Assembly (NCBI GenBank): GCA_963738405.1
Contig: CAVTWJ010000005.1
Span: forward strand, 1 to 64,000
Source: a candidate division FCPU426 bacterium
Lineage (GTDB): Bacteria > Oederibacteriota > Muellerivitia > Muellerivitales > Muellerivitaceae
Direction of reading: 5' to 3'
Length of the DNA: 64,000 nucleotides
Part shown: positions 61,117 to 64,000 of the stretch, piece after piece
Layout: each line of letters starts with the position of its first letter
How positions within the stretch are numbered: the stretch's first letter is position 1
Made by a program: the position numbers and the translations under genes
Notes under the pieces: generated by a model
What the model was told of the DNA's origin: nothing
Databases searched by the model: none
What the model saw: only the letters and a program-made list of their open reading frames with translations

Positions 61117-62583
61117 ATGATGCGCACCTTACGCGATAAAAAAACGATGCATGTAATTTTATGGCTTCTGATTGCCGCTTTCGTCATTGGCTTCCTTTTT
61201 CTGGCTAGCGGAAGGTGGTTAATGAAGGGAAATACGCAAGACCCTAATACCCTCGCCCAGATTGGAGACCAAAAAATCAGTTATTCTGATTTCGATAAAG
61301 CCTATCAACCCGCCTATGACAATTTGTTTGGCCGGGCTGAAATTGAACCCTCTCCAGAGCAAACCAAACACTTAAAAGAAGAAGTGTTAAACCAGTTGAT
61401 TGACGAGGCGATCTTAGAAAAAACAGCAGAAAAGCTTGGCCTTTCCGTTTCCATGGACGAGGTGGCCAGCGCCATTCAAAAATCCTCTTATTTTCAGGAT
61501 GAAAGCGGAAAATTTGACGCAAACATCTATTTCAAACTTCTCCAACAAAACAATCTGACTCCCGCGCTATTCGAAGCGTCCCAACAACGGCAAATGTTGA
61601 TTCAAAAAATTCAAGGGTTGTTGGACCAAAGCTATCTTTACGCACCCTCCGACGTGGAATCCTTTAAAACTTTTCTCAACCGGGATCTCAAGGCTTCCTA
61701 CATTTCCTTGAGCCCCTCGAGCTACGAAAAAAACATAACCGTTCATGAATCTGATCTACAGGATTATTTTGAGGCCCATCGTGAAAGGTACGATATAAAA
61801 GAACAAGCCAAAGCCAGGCATATCCTTATAAGCGTTCCATCCACCGCCGGTATGGCCGATCAAGCCAAAGCCAAACAAACTTTGGACGATCTTCGGTCTC
61901 AAATACTCGCAGGAAAAACAACATTTGCGGCTGCTGCCATTAAGTTTTCCCAGGATACCGGAAGCGGGAAAAAAGGCGGTGAATTGGGCTGGCTGGATAG
62001 GGGAATGACGGTTAAGGAGTTCGATGAGACCCTGTTTCACTTGAAAAAAGGTGAAATTTCGCAGCCTGTTCAGACAAAATTCGGCTACCACCTCATTCAA
62101 CTTGAGGATTACCAGGGGGCCCACAAAAGCGAATTTTCAGAGGTTCGTGGCAAAGTTGAAAAGCAATATCGTCAAGAAAAAGCGATCAACCAAATTATTG
62201 CCCTTTCAGGACAAATTGGCTCCAAGCTTCAATTACATGAGACTCTTGAGCAAATTGGAAAAGAGTTGTCGCTCACGGTTTCTCAAACCCTTTGGTTCAA
62301 TCGTCGGGCTGAAATACCTCACTTAAAAGATTCTCTTTCGGCAGCCGAAACCTTGAGCGACCTTTATACCGGCCAATGGAAAGGACCCCTTTCCATTGGC
62401 GAATCTCAATATTTTTTCCAGGTCACCGAAGAAAAACCAGCCCAACCTTTGAAAAAAGAAGATCCATCCGACCTTGCCCGCATTTACGAGACCTTTAAAA
62501 AGGACCGTGTAAACCTCTGGCTTAAGGATTTTTTAGAGGAACAACGAAAAGAACTGAAAGTTAAAACTTTCCTCACCGAATAA
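61117..62583 (+). CDS. SurA_N/parvulin peptidyl-prolyl isomerase (PpiD-like)
   Basis: N-terminal TM helix, SurA_N domain, ARHILI, SQDTGS..KGGELG, TKFGYHLI. Confidence 0.9.
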   Translation: MMRTLRDKKTMHVILWLLIAAFVIGFLFLASGRWLMKGNTQDPNTLAQIGDQKISYSDFDKAYQPAYDNLFGRAEIEPSPEQTKHLKEEVLNQLIDEAILEKTAEKLGLSVSMDEVASAIQKSSYFQDESGKFDANIYFKLLQQNNLTPALFEASQQRQMLIQKIQGLLDQSYLYAPSDVESFKTFLNRDLKASYISLSPSSYEKNITVHESDLQDYFEAHRERYDIKEQAKARHILISVPSTAGMADQAKAKQTLDDLRSQILAGKTTFAAAAIKFSQDTGSGKKGGELGWLDRGMTVKEFDETLFHLKKGEISQPVQTKFGYHLIQLEDYQGAHKSEFSEVRGKVEKQYRQEKAINQIIALSGQIGSKLQLHETLEQIGKELSLTVSQTLWFNRRAEIPHLKDSLSAAETLSDLYTGQWKGPLSIGESQYFFQVTEEKPAQPLKKEDPSDLARIYETFKKDRVNLWLKDFLEEQRKELKVKTFLTE

Positions 62584-63151
62584 GTCCCAAACGGTTCAAT
62601 TCGGGTAGGAGCCAATCGACCGGTAAACCAAGCACGTTGAAATAATCTCCAGAAAGATCGTTAATCCATTTTCGTGCCTGCCCCCTAATGTCATAGGCGC
62701 CGGCCTTGTCATAAGGCTCCAGGGTTTGGGTGTAGATATCCATCTCTTCTTTCCTCAACCGTCGAAAACCTACTCGACTCACTTCCAATTTGATACCTAT
62801 TTTTTTACCCCCCGGTCCCAAGAGAGCCGTTCCCGTAAAAACATAGTGTTGATATTGGGATAACCGCCGTAGTACCCACAACACTTCCTGGGCATCTTTG
62901 GGCTTGCCCAACAAGGCATTCCCCGCCACCACTACCGTATCGGCACCAATGACATATTTATTTGGATTTCGTATGGAAACTTCCTCTGCCTTTTGAAAGG
63001 CCAAACGCCGGACTAGGTGTTCGGCGGTTTCACCTCGGCGGGGAGTTTCATGAATACCCAGGGGCGGACTGACCCGAAAGTTAACGCCCCAAAAATCAAG
63101 AATAGCCTTACGCCTGGGAGATTGAGACGCGAGTAAAAGTTGGGCAGGCAG
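62573..63151 (-). CDS. maf: Maf nucleotide pyrophosphatase, probable non-canonical CTG start
   Basis: The in-frame upstream extension encodes LLLASQSPRR; also GADTVV, LGKP, DKAGAY, NVLGLP. Confidence 0.9.
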   Translation of the reverse strand: MPAQLLLASQSPRRKAILDFWGVNFRVSPPLGIHETPRRGETAEHLVRRLAFQKAEEVSIRNPNKYVIGADTVVVAGNALLGKPKDAQEVLWVLRRLSQYQHYVFTGTALLGPGGKKIGIKLEVSRVGFRRLRKEEMDIYTQTLEPYDKAGAYDIRGQARKWINDLSGDYFNVLGLPVDWLLPELNRLGLIR

Positions 63152-63161
63152 AAGAAATTCC

Positions 63162-63416
63162 CTATTTCGCGAAATACAACCCGGTAATCGCCCCGATTAG
63201 TCCGAACAGATTCAAAAATATTTTGATCCCAAAGGTGAGGACAATGATGCGCAGATTAAACACTAGGGGTTCGTCAAAACCCAAGGTAAACCCCTTGATA
63301 AAAACATCGTGAAAAAAACCAGCCGGAATTAAAAGGGCCATTAATTCGCCGAAATACCCGCCCAAAATCCCACCCAACAAAACGAAAAGAAAAGAAGTTC
63401 CAATGTTTTTAGCCAT
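63162..63416 (-). CDS. DUF4321-like small membrane protein
   Basis: GGILGGYFGE...LTFGIKIFLNLFGLIG; lies upstream of maf. Confidence 0.75.
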   Translation of the reverse strand: MAKNIGTSFLFVLLGGILGGYFGELMALLIPAGFFHDVFIKGFTLGFDEPLVFNLRIIVLTFGIKIFLNLFGLIGAITGLYFAK

Positions 63417-63427
63417 CTCTATTCTCC

Positions 63428-64000
63428 TTAACGATGAATTCGATGGTCTTGAGGCGTGGTTACAACCACACCCAACGCCCGGATAGCTTCCTGAGCCGCC
63501 AGCTGTTCTGCTTCTTTTTTACTTTTGCCGACGCCACGGCCAATGACTTCCCCGGCCACCTTGCAGGCCGCCTCAAAATTGCGGTTGTGGTCTGGGCCCC
63601 ACTCCCTCACCATGTCGTAATGAGGGGCCAATTTCCGGGTTTTTTGAAAATGTTCCTGCAATAAGGTTTTATGGTCTTTCTCAAGCCTGCCGGTAAAAAC
63701 ACCTTCGATATCATCCTTAAGAAGGCCTAAAACAAGTTTCCCAGCTGTCTCTAACCCATGGGTTAGATAAACCGCGCCAATGACCGCCTCTAAAGCGTCA
63801 GCTAAAAGGGAAGGCCGATTTTTACCACCAGTTTTTTCCTCACCTTTCCCCAGCCTTAAAAAGCGCCCCAAGTCGAGTTCCTTAGCCTTGTCCCCCAAAA
63901 CCTGGGCGCTTACGACTACGCTTTTCACTTTAGAGAGTCCGCCCTCGGTCACCTCTGGGAAAGTTTCAAAAACATATTGGGATACAATCAGACCTAAAAC
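63428..64000 (-). CDS. rnc: Ribonuclease III (5' end outside the window)
   Basis: EGGLSKVKS, LADALEAVIGAVYL, dsRBD (KTLLQE...GPDH...GKSKKEAEQ). Confidence 0.95.
   Translation of the reverse strand, partial: VLGLIVSQYVFETFPEVTEGGLSKVKSVVVSAQVLGDKAKELDLGRFLRLGKGEEKTGGKNRPSLLADALEAVIGAVYLTHGLETAGKLVLGLLKDDIEGVFTGRLEKDHKTLLQEHFQKTRKLAPHYDMVREWGPDHNRNFEAACKVAGEVIGRGVGKSKKEAEQLAAQEAIRALGVVVTTPQDHRIHR

Overview
Bacterial chromosomal window, mostly housekeeping and envelope genes on the minus strand: argS, yqeK, a sugar ABC transporter, yggT, an M16 peptidase, rnr-smpB (plus strand), two c-di-GMP enzymes, rmuC, purA, rplU-rpmA-obgE-proB-[J-domain/Hsp70]-nadD-comFB-rsfS, a ppiD-like gene, maf and a partial rnc, plus tRNA-Leu(CAG), tRNA-Lys(TTT) and tRNA-Gly(CCC). 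Four PorV/PorQ(UPF0164)-like barrels, FlgD-Ig/T9SS-CTD-like domains and very long Thr-x-Thr repeat proteins point to a diderm, possibly candidate-phylum, organism (inference only). The most unusual parts are: (i) 1-2500, where a ParB-HTH/transmembrane/extracytoplasmic fusion gene lies between an upstream array of eight 12-bp direct repeats at 21-22 bp spacing and a downstream array of two alternating, covarying hairpins (CRISPR-like but not CRISPR); (ii) a paralogous full-length ParB-CTPase/HTH/transmembrane fusion with a different outer domain, inside an accessory region (26.6-35.4 kb) that also holds two PIN toxin-antitoxin pairs and an att-bounded islet at tRNA-Lys; (iii) a terminator in the short purA leader, a lidless Hsp70 paired with a J-TPR protein, and a maf gene with no canonical start codon. 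All protein calls come from reading motifs by eye; no database searches were run.
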